Assembly: GCA_038131935.1 (NCBI GenBank)
Contig: JAYPQH010000017.1
Span: forward strand, 97,235-161,234
From: Alphaproteobacteria bacterium
GTDB taxonomy: Bacteria > Pseudomonadota > Alphaproteobacteria > UBA8317
DNA: 64,000 nucleotides
Reading direction: 5' to 3'
Part shown: positions 21,600-31,687 of the stretch, one piece after another
Position numbering within the stretch: the first letter of the stretch is position 1
Layout: each line of letters starts with the position of its first letter
Position numbers and translations under genes: made by a program
Notes under the pieces: model-generated
Told to the model about the DNA's origin: nothing
The model's database searches: none
What the model saw: the letters and a program-made list of their open reading frames with translations, nothing else

Positions 21600-22759
21600 A
21601 TGCGCAAAGTTCCTAAGTTATTTTCTCCTTTTTCCCTTCGATCTGTCACGATAAATAACCGTATCGCTGTCTCGCCCATGGCAATGTATATGGCAAAAGA
21701 GGGTATCCCTGATGCCTTCCACTTGGTGCATTATGGAAAATTTGCCATGGGAGGAGCAGGGGTGGTTTTTGTTGAAGAGACTGCTATCAGTAGAGAAGCG
21801 AGGATAACCAATGGATGTCTTGGCTTATGGAATGATCAGCAACAGCATGCCTTTTCTCACCTTGCGCAAACGATACATGAATTGGGTGCCCAAACATGTA
21901 TTCAAATTTCTCATTGTGGTAGGAAAGGTAGCGCACAACGGGCGTGGGAGGGTAACAGCTTTCTCAACGAGGCAAATATTGCTGCTGGAGATGAGGCATG
22001 GATTCCTAAGGCTGCATCGGCGGATGCTTTTGCGGACGGCTGGACAACGCCAGAGGCAATGACACGCCAAGATATGGATGATGTCATAACTGGGTTTGTT
22101 CAAGCCAGTAGCAGGGCTTATGATGCGGGATTTTCCATGATTGAATTGCATATGGCTCATGGATATTTGTTGCAGGGATTTTTATCTCCTTTGGCCAACA
22201 AAAGATCGGATAATTATGGGGGCAATTTAACCAATAGAATGCGCTTTCCCTTGAAGTTACTGAGGCGGTGAGGTCTGCCTTGCCAGACAACGTTCCTCTA
22301 TTAGCCCGAATATCTGCAACGGATTGGATTGAAGGTGGTTGGGATATGGAAGACAGCCTTGCTCTGGTTGAAGCATTGAAGAATAGAGGGGTAGATTTGA
22401 TTGATTGCTCTTCTGGTGGGAACATGGTTGCAGGTGCAACAAACGCAAACATAACCCGCGGGCCAGGATATCAAGTCCCATTCTCAGAACGTATCAGGCA
22501 AGAAACAGGCATAAAAACACAGGCTGTTGGTCTGATAAGAACCGCTGAGCAAGCTGAGGAAATTCTTCAGAAAAACCAAGCTGATCTTGTGGCGATAGGG
22601 CGGCAAATGTTGGTAAATCCCTTTTGGGCCCATCATGCGGCGGAGTATTTTGGCGTTACAAATGATTTTGATGATTGGCCTCAGCCATATGGTTGGTGGT
22701 TGAGCAAGTGGGCCAAAGGGCTGAATGGATTAGGAGAAAAGGTGCTGCCACATGAATAA
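21600..22759 (+). CDS. NADH:flavin oxidoreductase / Old Yellow Enzyme, YqjM/XenA-like (frameshift near 22255)
   Basis: NRIAVSPM.MY, IQISHCGRKGS, ELHMAHGYLL..FLSPLANKRSD.YGG, RISATDW, VDLIDCSSGG, GPGYQVPF. Confidence 0.92.
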
Positions 22760-23663
22760 TTTACAAAAATTAGACTTTGGTTCTTTATCCGTTGAGCCAA
22801 TTGTCGAAATAGCCCACAAGATGATGCCAAAGACATTCTTGTTCGAAACATTAACAAAGGATGAAGCTTCTGCGAATGCAAATTGGTTGGGTTCAGAACA
22901 TATTTGTCAAAATAGTTTAAATCTTGGGCTAGCCTTTCGCTCTTATTTGATAAGAGTTCATGGATTAAATATCTTGGTGGATACCTGCAACGGCAACCAT
23001 AAGCAGCGCATTGGTGCTGACTGGCAGCATGATTTACGCTCTCAGGCATTCTTACAAAACCTGCATTTGGCTGGGTTGCAACCTTCAGATATTCATATTG
23101 TCATCTGCACCCATCTACATGGTGACCATGTTGGTTGGAACACAAGGCTTGAAAATGGAAAATGGGTTCCGACATTTCCTAATGCCCGTTATATCATGAG
23201 CAAAATTGAGTATGAAATGCTGTTGGGACTCTTCTCTCCAGATGATCCGACGGCTTTAAATAGAGGGGCCTTCGCTGACTCAGTGTTGCCTGTTGTTGAG
23301 GCTGATCTTGCTGAATTTGTGAGTGGAGATATGTCAGTCGTTCGAGAGCTTGAAGAACATGTCACACTCATGCCTACACCAGGGCACACCATAGGTCATA
23401 TGTGCGTTCGTGCCACAACAAACCGAGAAGACATTGTCGTTGCTGGTGATGCGTTGCATCATGCCATCCAACTTGATTTGCCCAAAATGGTCATGCGCGC
23501 CGATGCAGACCCCGATAAGGCAAAGAAATCAAGACTGCAGTTGCTTGAGCATTGTGTGGCGGAAAATAGCTGGCTTTGTGCCAATCACATCCCCCTAAAC
23601 CCTTTTAACAAGGTTGTGGCACATAAAGACGTGTTCCGGTTTCAAGGATGGTTGGCCAGTTAA
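22752..23663 (+). CDS. MBL-fold metallohydrolase, lactonase-like subgroup
   Basis: ILVDTC.GN.K.R, THLHGDHVGWN, WVPTFPNARY, PGHTIGH, GDALHH, terminal NH. Confidence 0.9.
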   Translation: MNNLQKLDFGSLSVEPIVEIAHKMMPKTFLFETLTKDEASANANWLGSEHICQNSLNLGLAFRSYLIRVHGLNILVDTCNGNHKQRIGADWQHDLRSQAFLQNLHLAGLQPSDIHIVICTHLHGDHVGWNTRLENGKWVPTFPNARYIMSKIEYEMLLGLFSPDDPTALNRGAFADSVLPVVEADLAEFVSGDMSVVRELEEHVTLMPTPGHTIGHMCVRATTNREDIVVAGDALHHAIQLDLPKMVMRADADPDKAKKSRLQLLEHCVAENSWLCANHIPLNPFNKVVAHKDVFRFQGWLAS

Positions 23664-23666
23664 ACA

Positions 23667-23692
23667 GGCGGTGCTGATATTTCAGCACCACC
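23667..23692. terminator. hairpin between convergent genes (probable bidirectional terminator)
   Basis: GGTGCTGA (23670-77)/TCAGCACC (23682-89), 4-nt loop. Confidence 0.55.
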
Positions 23693-23709
23693 TTAATGGA
23701 AATTCTTGT

Positions 23710-24882
23710 TCAACGTTCAAGGCACATAGCAACGCCCATGCCACCGCCGATGCACAAAGTGGCCAAGCCTTTGTGCGCATCCCTACGTTTCATTTCATGA
23801 AGTAGGGTGTTGAGTACGCGGCAACCAGATGCGCCGATAGGATGGCCGATGGCAATAGCGCCGCCATTGACGTTAACAATTTCAGGGTTGAGGCCTAGAT
23901 CTTTGTTCACAGCTGCGGCTTGTGCAGCAAATGCCTCGTTGGCTTCTACCAAATCAAGATCAGAAATATTCCAACCTGCACGTTCCAAGGCTTTGCGTGA
24001 GGAGGGAATAGGGCCAGTACCCATGATAGCAGGATCAACACCAACTGTTGCGAATGATGCAATACGTGCCAAGGGCGTGAGATTTCGTTTAACGGCTTCC
24101 TCTTCTCGCATCAAAACCACAACCGCTGCGCCGTCATTAATGCCTGATGCGTTGCCTGCGGTCACACTTCCATCTTTATCAAATGCAGGACGTAGTTTTG
24201 CAAGTGCTTCAATCGTCGCCCCATGTCGAATATATTCGTCATGTTCGACAATGATTTCATCTTTACGGGTCTTGATTGTGACAGGGGCAATTTCGTCAAC
24301 AAAACGCCCAGCTTTTTGTGCAGCCTCAGCTCGGTTCTGTGAGCGAAGTGCAAATTCATCTTGCTGCTCACGCGTAATGTCATACTTTTTGGCAACATTT
24401 TCGGCAGTGTTACCCATATGATAACCATGGAATGCGTCCCAAAGGCCATCTTTAATCATGGTATCTATGAGTTTTACATCACCCATTTTATAACCAGCAC
24501 GAAGTGTTTGTGCATGCGGGGACATGGTCATGTTTTCCTGTCCGCCCGCAACAATAATATCTGCCTCGCCGGTTAAGAGATGTTGGGCGCCCAAGCTAAC
24601 AGCGCGTAATCCCGAACCACAAACTTGGTTGATAATCATGGCGGTAGATTCTTGCGAAAATCCAGCTGCTATGCTCGCTTGACGGGCTGGGTTTTGACCT
24701 TGTGCAGTTGTTAACACTTGTCCCAAAATAGCCTGATCTACCTCTGTAGGATCTATAGATGCCTCTGCAAGTGCTGCTGACATGGCTGTAGCACCGAGCA
24801 CGTGGGCTGGGGTGTTGGCAAATGCACCATTGAAACTTCCAACAGGAGTTCTCTTCGCGGCGACAATAACAATATTGGTCAT
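23710..24882 (-). CDS. phbA: acetyl-CoA C-acetyltransferase (PhaA/PhbA-type thiolase)
   Basis: RTPVGSF, GQNPARQA, NQVCGSGL, NASGINDGAA, NEAFA, GHPIGASG, LCIGGGMG. Confidence 0.93.
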   Translation of the reverse strand: MTNIVIVAAKRTPVGSFNGAFANTPAHVLGATAMSAALAEASIDPTEVDQAILGQVLTTAQGQNPARQASIAAGFSQESTAMIINQVCGSGLRAVSLGAQHLLTGEADIIVAGGQENMTMSPHAQTLRAGYKMGDVKLIDTMIKDGLWDAFHGYHMGNTAENVAKKYDITREQQDEFALRSQNRAEAAQKAGRFVDEIAPVTIKTRKDEIIVEHDEYIRHGATIEALAKLRPAFDKDGSVTAGNASGINDGAAVVVLMREEEAVKRNLTPLARIASFATVGVDPAIMGTGPIPSSRKALERAGWNISDLDLVEANEAFAAQAAAVNKDLGLNPEIVNVNGGAIAIGHPIGASGCRVLNTLLHEMKRRDAHKGLATLCIGGGMGVAMCLER

Positions 24883-25000
24883 AAAATAGTCCTTTCGGCT
24901 AAATTGCTGATAGAAATTTGACTTAGCATGGAACAGATTAAGGATCCCGTCCACTCATTTTGCTGCACTGCGCAAAAATACCATTTTTGTCTTCCCGAGG

Positions 25001-25873
25001 TTATGGCCATTTCACTTCAGGTGGCATTGACATCAAGATAGCGTCAACGTTCCCGTTGGTCTTGAGTCCAAATAAAGTGCCTCGATCATGAATTAAATTG
25101 AATTCTACGTAACGGCCCCTGCGGATTAGCTGATGCTCTCTTTCTTCTTCAGTCCAATTGTCATGCATATGTCTGCGCACAATTTCAGGATAAACTGATA
25201 AAAATGTCTTTCCAACATCTTGCGTGAATTGAAAATGTTGTTGAAATACATCCGCTGTTGGGGTTTCAAGATAATCGTAGAAAATGCCTCCAATTCCTCG
25301 CGGTTCGTTTCTATGGGGCAAATAGAAATACTCGTCACACCATTTCTTGAAACGCGAGTAATAATCCGGATTATGAAGGTCGCAGGTGTTCTTGAAGGCG
25401 TCATGAAAGGTTTTTGTGTCGTTTGCATCTTCAACCATGGGTGTGAGGTCAGCACCGCCTCCAAACCAAGATTTTTGAGTTACTATATGGCGTGTGTTCA
25501 TATGAACTGCTGGGACTTTCGGCGAACGCATGTGCGCAACAAGTGAAATACCGGAAGCCCAAAAAGATGGATCTTGATCAGCGCCAGGTATCTGTTTGGC
25601 AAATTCAGGTGAAAAATTTCCATAAACTGTTGAGATATTCACCCCAACTTTTTCAAAAACACGGCCACGCATGACCGACATCTCTCCCCCGCCGGTATCT
25701 TGACCTTGGTCTTGGGGTCTCGACCAAGCCGTGCGTTCAAATTGACCCGGGGGAAGTTCACTATGCTTGCCTGATGTTAGTTCGTTTTCAATTGCTTCAA
25801 AACTTGCGCATATTTGATTGCGTAACTCGCGAAACCAATCAGACGCAATTTTTTTTTGATCTAAGTTTTCCAT
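25001..25873 (-). CDS. hemF: oxygen-dependent coproporphyrinogen III oxidase
   Basis: [53 protein letters not shown]. Confidence 0.97.
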   Translation of the reverse strand: MENLDQKKIASDWFRELRNQICASFEAIENELTSGKHSELPPGQFERTAWSRPQDQGQDTGGGEMSVMRGRVFEKVGVNISTVYGNFSPEFAKQIPGADQDPSFWASGISLVAHMRSPKVPAVHMNTRHIVTQKSWFGGGADLTPMVEDANDTKTFHDAFKNTCDLHNPDYYSRFKKWCDEYFYLPHRNEPRGIGGIFYDYLETPTADVFQQHFQFTQDVGKTFLSVYPEIVRRHMHDNWTEEEREHQLIRRGRYVEFNLIHDRGTLFGLKTNGNVDAILMSMPPEVKWP

Positions 25874-25888
25874 GCTCTTCAGTCCTTG

Positions 25889-26344
25889 TTATTGTTTTTG
25901 AATCCATGTTGTCTGGCGTAAAGCTTCTCCTAACACCATGGATGCAGCAATAGCTACGTTCAATGACCTTGCGTTTGATGCCATGGGAATTTTTATGTGA
26001 CAATCACACCTTTGGGCGAATAATGGCGGCACACCCGCGCTTTCACGTCCGACAATTAAGATATCCGAGGGTCTGAATTCTATCTCCCGATAATCGACCT
26101 CCGCTTTTGTCGTTAAAAGGATGGTCCTTCCTGGGACTTTATCTCCCCAAAAAATATCTTCTGATTCATGAATCGTGATGTGGGCTAAGTCAATATAATC
26201 CATGGCCGAGCGGCGCAATTTTTCCCGAGACAATGGAAATGCACAAGGCTTGATGATATCTAAAGCAACATTCAGGCAAGCTGATGTACGTATCAAAGTG
26301 CCTAAATTTTGTGGGATATCAGGGCGATATAGGCATAATCTCAA
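25889..26344 (-). CDS. trmL: tRNA (cytidine/uridine 34-2'-O)-methyltransferase
   Basis: PDIPQNLG, RRSAMDY, GRESAGVP, RSLNVA....LGEALRQ; TTG start after AGGAG. Confidence 0.92.
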   Translation of the reverse strand: MRLCLYRPDIPQNLGTLIRTSACLNVALDIIKPCAFPLSREKLRRSAMDYIDLAHITIHESEDIFWGDKVPGRTILLTTKAEVDYREIEFRPSDILIVGRESAGVPPLFAQRCDCHIKIPMASNARSLNVAIAASMVLGEALRQTTWIQKQ

Positions 26345-26492
26345 ATGATGGCTCCTGCTTCTTCTGGTCGCGGTTAGCATATCTAGTCATAAACAATTTC
26401 TGCAACATCTAGATTACTGTTTCATTCTGGGTTAAGGCGACTCACAAAGGTTTCGATACATTTTGGTTTTTTTGAAAGAAGGTAAGGTTATC

Positions 26493-27047
26493 GTGTCAAG
26501 TTCAGCAGTAGACAAACAAGAGGGTGAAGGCGGTACACGCCGGGATTTTCTTTATGTTGCAACAGCGAGTTTTGGTGCAGTTGGAGCAGCTGGTGTGGTA
26601 TGGCCACTTGTGGATCAAATGAATCCAGATCGTTCTGTTCTCGCTCTTGCGTCAACAGAGGTCGATCTCTCTCCTATAGAGGAAGGGCAAGCTGTGACAG
26701 TGACATGGCGAGGCAAACCAGTATTCATTCGCAACCGCTCTGCGGAAGAAATTGAAAAAGCTCAAACGGTAGACCTAAGTGAATTGCGTGATCCTCAAAC
26801 AGATGCCGAGCGAACAAAAGAAGGTCATGAAAATTGGCTTGTGCAGCTTGGGGTTTGCACCCATTTGGGATGCGTGCCGCTAGGACAAAACCCATCAGAT
26901 AGTAAGGGCGATTATGATGGTTGGTTCTGCCCCTGTCATGGCTCGCATTATGATACCTCTGGTCGTATCAGGAAGGGTCCAGCACCCGCAAATCTTGAGA
27001 TTCCACCGTTCGCGTTCTTGAACGACGAAACAATTAAGATTGGTTAA
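26493..27047 (+). CDS. petA: ubiquinol-cytochrome c reductase Rieske Fe-S subunit
   Basis: Tat motif [27 protein letters not shown]. Confidence 0.97.
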   Translation: MSSSAVDKQEGEGGTRRDFLYVATASFGAVGAAGVVWPLVDQMNPDRSVLALASTEVDLSPIEEGQAVTVTWRGKPVFIRNRSAEEIEKAQTVDLSELRDPQTDAERTKEGHENWLVQLGVCTHLGCVPLGQNPSDSKGDYDGWFCPCHGSHYDTSGRIRKGPAPANLEIPPFAFLNDETIKIG

Positions 27048-27057
27048 GGAGACAAAA

Positions 27058-28304
27058 ATGTCAGGTCACGGTTCTCAATACACGCCGGATGGCAAGATTG
27101 CTCGATGGGTAGAGCAACGCCTTCCCATATTTTCTTTACTAAATGATCAAGTGAATACATTTCCAACACCAAAAAACCTCAATTATTGGTACACATTTGG
27201 TGGTATTCTATCCTTCATGCTTATGGTTCAAATCATTACTGGTATTGTATTGGTGATGCATTATACACCACATGTAGATCACGCGTTTTTTTCCGTGGAA
27301 AAGATTATGCGTGATGTGAATTACGGTTGGTTGATACGCTATTTACATGCGAATGGCGCCTCCATGTTTTTCATAGCCGTCTATATTCATATGTTCCGTG
27401 GACTTTATTACGGTTCATATAAGGAACCCAGAGAGATCCTTTGGATTATTGGTGTTCTTATATTGTTGGTGATGATGGCGACCGCTTTCATGGGGTATGT
27501 TTTACCTGGGGCCAAATGAGTTTCTGGGGAGCTACTGTGATCACCAACTTGTTCTCAGCTATTCCGGTGGTAGGGGAGGATATTGTGGTCTGGTTATGGG
27601 GCGGATTTTCCGTTGGTAATCCGACCTTGAATCGTTTCTTCTCACTACATTACTTGCTGCCTTTTGCACTTGCTGGCCTTGTGTTCTTGCATATTTGGGC
27701 ATTGCATGTTCCTGGTAATAACAACCCACTTGGTGTCGACGTGAAAACCAAAGGTGACACCGTGCCTTTCCATCCTTACTACACCGTGAAGGATGCATTT
27801 GCTTTGGTTGTCTTTGCTATCTTCTTTGGTGCATTTGTTTTCTATGCACCAAATTACTTAGGACATCCTGACAACTACATCCCTGCAAATCCAATGGTGA
27901 CACCATCACACATCGTTCCTGAGTGGTATTTCTTGCCATTCTACGCAATTTTGCGCGCCGTGCCTGATAAGCTTGGTGGTGTTTTGTTGATGTTTGGCGC
28001 AATCGCTGTTTTGTTCATCATTCCTTGGTTAGATACCTCAAAGGTTCGTTCGTCAAAATTCCGCCCAATTTACAAACAATTTTTCTGGGTTTTGGCGGCT
28101 GATTGTGTGCTCCTAGGCATCGTGGGTGCAAAGCCTGCGGAAGGTGTGTGGTTGGTAATCGGTCGGGTTGCAACAATCTATTACTTCGCACATTTTTTGA
28201 TCATCATGCCTTTGGTAGGTCTTCTCGAACGGCCCAAGCCGTTACCAAAGTCAATTTCTGAGGCGGTTTTATCCAAAAACACCTCAACTGTTCCAGCTGA
28301 GTGA
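27058..28304 (+). CDS. petB: cytochrome b (frameshift near 27505)
   Basis: [25 protein letters not shown]|[24 protein letters not shown]. Confidence 0.96.
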
Positions 28305-28311
28305 GGGAAAA

Positions 28312-29136
28312 ATGAAATATCTAACGTTAACATCCCTTGCTGTTCTGCTTTCTTTTGGAGGAATGGTAGACTACGGACATGCTGCAGGTGGTGGCGCACA
28401 TGAAGCCAAAGAGGTCGATTACTCTTTTGAAGGGCCCCTAGGTCATTTTGATAAGGCACAGTTGCAGCGTGGCTACCAAGTCTATCGCGAAGTTTGCTCA
28501 GCGTGTCACTCCATGGAATTGATGTATTTTCGAAACTTAGGAGAGGCCGGAGGCCCAGGGTTTTCTGAAGAGCAGGTCAAAGCCATAGCTGCTGAATATA
28601 CGGTTATGGATGGGCCTGATAGCGAAGGTGAAATGTTTGAGCGTCCAGCACGTCCATCAGATCATTTTGTCTCACCTTTTCCCAACCCCCAAGCTGCAAT
28701 GTCAGCAAATGGTGGCGCTTATCCAACAGACTTATCACTGATTACAAAAGCGCGTGTGGGTTATCATGGAACCTTCAAGCAGCTTGTTGAAGGTGTGGGT
28801 GGGCCTGAGTATGTATATTCTGTGCTTACCGGTTTTGAAGACGCGCCTGAAGGGAAAGAAGGTCCCGATGGGAAATATTACAACCCCTATTTTGCGGCAG
28901 GCCCTTGGATATCTATGGCGGCACCACTTTACGATGATGCGGTTGAATATGCTGATGGAACAGAGGCGTCTGTTGACCAGATGGCAAAAGATGTATCGGC
29001 ATTTTTGGCTTGGTCAGCGGAGCCCAAAATGGTTGAGCGTAAGGAGACTGGCTTACGGGTAATGATTTTCTTAATTATCTTTGCCGGCCTTTTGTATGCT
29101 AGTTACAAGCGCCTTTGGCGGAATATAGACCATTAA
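28312..29136 (+). CDS. petC: cytochrome c1
   Basis: QRGYQVYREVCSACH, DLSLITKAR, DVSAFLAW.AEP, C-terminal TM. Confidence 0.97.
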   Translation: MKYLTLTSLAVLLSFGGMVDYGHAAGGGAHEAKEVDYSFEGPLGHFDKAQLQRGYQVYREVCSACHSMELMYFRNLGEAGGPGFSEEQVKAIAAEYTVMDGPDSEGEMFERPARPSDHFVSPFPNPQAAMSANGGAYPTDLSLITKARVGYHGTFKQLVEGVGGPEYVYSVLTGFEDAPEGKEGPDGKYYNPYFAAGPWISMAAPLYDDAVEYADGTEASVDQMAKDVSAFLAWSAEPKMVERKETGLRVMIFLIIFAGLLYASYKRLWRNIDH

Positions 29137-29150
29137 TTGGAGACCTAGTT

Positions 29151-30008
29151 TTGTCTCGATTGGCAATTATTGGTGGCTCAGGACTGTCTCGTATCCCAGG
29201 TGTTGGTGATGTTGTTTCATTCAGTCCTGAGCCAACTGCTTGGGGGCAGCCAAACGCTGCCTTCTCCATGTCAGAAGCGGGTGACATCATCTTCATGTCA
29301 CGCCATGGTAAAGGTCACCAAATCACACCTGATGAAATCAACTATCGTGCGAATATTGCGGCATTGAAGGCGCTTGGGGTAACCCAAATTGTTTCCATGT
29401 CAGCGGTAGGTGGACTCGTAGAAGAAGCGTCACCAGGGACATTGGTAATGGTCGACCAATTCATTGATCGGACCGTTTCTCGTAAACCGAGTTTTTTTGG
29501 TGAGGGAATTGTTGCGCATGTTTCCCTCGCGGATCCGACGTGTAAGAGTTTACGTCAGAGCCTCTTGAGTGCCGCGGATGAAGCTGGGGTCTCTTGCTTG
29601 GCGGCAGGTACATACCTTGCCATGGAGGGACCACAGTTTTCTACACGTGCAGAAAGTGTATTATACCGCTCATGGGGAGCTTCCGTCATTGGCATGACCA
29701 ATATGCCAGAGGCACGGCTCGCCCGTGAGGCGGAGATTTGCTATCAAACTGTTGCAATGGTAACGGATTACGATGCTTGGAGGCCTGTTGAAGAGGTCGT
29801 GAGCGTGGAGGCCGTGCTCCGTGTCCTTGAAAAAAATGCGTTGACAGCCAAAAAACTGTTAGAAATTTTTCTGCAAAGTCACCATCAGGATATATGTCAT
29901 GAGGGCTGTCGACACGCCTTGGATCACGCCGTTATTACAGATCCTGGATCTTGGCCACAACCTACTGTTGCGAAGCTTTCCGAAATAGCACCTAGGATAT
30001 TTTCCTGA
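29151..30008 (+). CDS. mtnP: S-methyl-5'-thioadenosine phosphorylase
   Basis: IIGGSG, RHG.GH, NYRANI.ALK, MEGPQFSTRAES, IGMT.MPEARLAREAE, TDYDAW. Confidence 0.94.
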   Translation: MSRLAIIGGSGLSRIPGVGDVVSFSPEPTAWGQPNAAFSMSEAGDIIFMSRHGKGHQITPDEINYRANIAALKALGVTQIVSMSAVGGLVEEASPGTLVMVDQFIDRTVSRKPSFFGEGIVAHVSLADPTCKSLRQSLLSAADEAGVSCLAAGTYLAMEGPQFSTRAESVLYRSWGASVIGMTNMPEARLAREAEICYQTVAMVTDYDAWRPVEEVVSVEAVLRVLEKNALTAKKLLEIFLQSHHQDICHEGCRHALDHAVITDPGSWPQPTVAKLSEIAPRIFS

Positions 30009-30535
30009 TGGATTTAACAAAGCATATTACGACAATTCCAGATTATCCAAAACCAGGCATTATGTTTCGAGATGTGACATCACTGATGCATAATGATGCT
30101 GCATTTGGTGTCTGTATTGAGCGAATGGCGGAAGGTTGTTTGAACAAAAACATCTCCAAAATAGTTGGTATTGAGGCACGTGGCTTTATTTTTGGTGCAG
30201 CTTTGGCAAAACATATGGGTAAAGGTTTTGTTCCTATTCGGAAGAAAGGTAAATTGCCACGAGCCGTTTTCTCCGCAACTTATGATCTGGAATATGGCAC
30301 CGATACTTTGGAATTGCACCAAGACGCCCTCGATCCAGGTGATAAAGTCATTGTTGTTGATGACTTGATTGCAACAGGTGGAACTGCAAAAGCCGCGGGT
30401 CAGTTATTGGAGAGGTTGGGGGTAGATATTGTCTCATTCTTATTCGTTATTGATTTACCTGATTTAGGTGGAGCAGAGAACTTACGCACCTTGGGTTTTC
30501 CTGTTTCCTCATTAATTTCTTTTCCAGGGCACTGA
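30008..30535 (+). CDS. apt: adenine phosphoribosyltransferase
   Basis: IPDYPKPGIMFRD, GIEARGF, RKKGKLP, LEYG, VDDLIATGGT. Confidence 0.97.
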   Translation: MDLTKHITTIPDYPKPGIMFRDVTSLMHNDAAFGVCIERMAEGCLNKNISKIVGIEARGFIFGAALAKHMGKGFVPIRKKGKLPRAVFSATYDLEYGTDTLELHQDALDPGDKVIVVDDLIATGGTAKAAGQLLERLGVDIVSFLFVIDLPDLGGAENLRTLGFPVSSLISFPGH

Positions 30536-30537
30536 TC

Positions 30538-31614
30538 ATGAAGATTGCAGGTCAACGCACCAGATCTGTTTGGAAAAGCGAGGCTGGACATATCCAAGTT
30601 TTTGATCAACGAAAGTTACCATTTGCTGTTGAAATATTTACACTTTCCAGTTGTGCCGATGCTGAATTTGCTATTTCTGAAATGGTGGTTCGGGGAGCGC
30701 CTTTAATTGGGATTACGGCTGCTTTTGGTCTTGCCCTACAAGCTCAAGAAGATCCAAGTTGGGAGGCGTTGCAAGCCGCAGCCATAAGACTTAAGCAAAC
30801 ACGTCCTACCGCTGTTAATCTTGCGTGGGCAGTTGATATGATGTGTGCTCATCTAAGCAAGTGTTCCATAGGTTCACGTGCAGTCATTGGTTTTGATATG
30901 GCTTGGAAACTGCTCGATGATGACGTTGGTGTGAATGAGCGTATTGGGCAACATGGCCTCGAAATCATAAGGTCTATAGCTGCTAGGAAAGGTCGTTGCC
31001 ATATTTTAACCCATTGTAATGCAGGTTGGTTGGCAACAGGGGATTGGGGAACAGCGTTGGCCCCAATTTACATGGCGCATGATGAGGGTTTACCCCTCCA
31101 TGTGTATGCAGATGAAACCAGACCTCGATCACAGGGCAGCTTGTTGACGGCGTTTGAATTGCGAGAGCACGGCGTTCCTGTTGAGATCATTGTTGATAAT
31201 GCAGGTGGCCATTTGATGCAAAAGAATCTGGTCGATTTGGTCATTGTAGGAACTGATAGGGTTGCGGCCAATGGGGATGTTGCCAATAAGATTGGAACGT
31301 ATCTTAAGGCTTTGGCAGCATTTGATAATGGAATTCCATTCTATGTAGCCTGTCCAATGAGTACAGTAGATTATCAAATACAAGATGGTTGTTCAGATAT
31401 TCCTATTGAAGATCGTGGCCCCTTTGAGGTTTTAAATTCTCCAGTAGCTGGGCCAGAAGGGACCAACTGGATGCCTTCTGCTCCTCCCGGGGTAGGTGCT
31501 TGTAACCCTGGTTTTGATGTCACGCCTGCAAGGTTGGTGACTGGCATTATCACCGAACATGGCATTGTTTCTGCTAGTGAAGCAGGACTGGCACCTTTTA
31601 ATCAACAAAGCTAA
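30538..31614 (+). CDS. mtnA: S-methyl-5-thioribose-1-phosphate isomerase
   Basis: MVVRGAP, RPTAVNL, LTHCNAGWLAT, DETRP, NKIGTY, NPGFDVTP. Confidence 0.96.
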   Translation: MKIAGQRTRSVWKSEAGHIQVFDQRKLPFAVEIFTLSSCADAEFAISEMVVRGAPLIGITAAFGLALQAQEDPSWEALQAAAIRLKQTRPTAVNLAWAVDMMCAHLSKCSIGSRAVIGFDMAWKLLDDDVGVNERIGQHGLEIIRSIAARKGRCHILTHCNAGWLATGDWGTALAPIYMAHDEGLPLHVYADETRPRSQGSLLTAFELREHGVPVEIIVDNAGGHLMQKNLVDLVIVGTDRVAANGDVANKIGTYLKALAAFDNGIPFYVACPMSTVDYQIQDGCSDIPIEDRGPFEVLNSPVAGPEGTNWMPSAPPGVGACNPGFDVTPARLVTGIITEHGIVSASEAGLAPFNQQS

Positions 31615-31687
31615 ATGATCAGTCCTTAGCTATGAACTTTGAAACTTCATATTCTACAATGCTGGTTTGTCAGCCAAGGTTTTCGTT

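Noticed and set aside
17187-23710. Integrative element or prophage at tRNA-Gln
   Set aside because: No integrase, no duplicated tRNA 3' end found by eye and no obvious compositional shift; treated only as an accessory gene cluster
23807-24421. 204-aa plus-strand ORF
   Set aside because: Antisense shadow of the conserved thiolase, with the Ser/Ala-rich composition typical of such shadows
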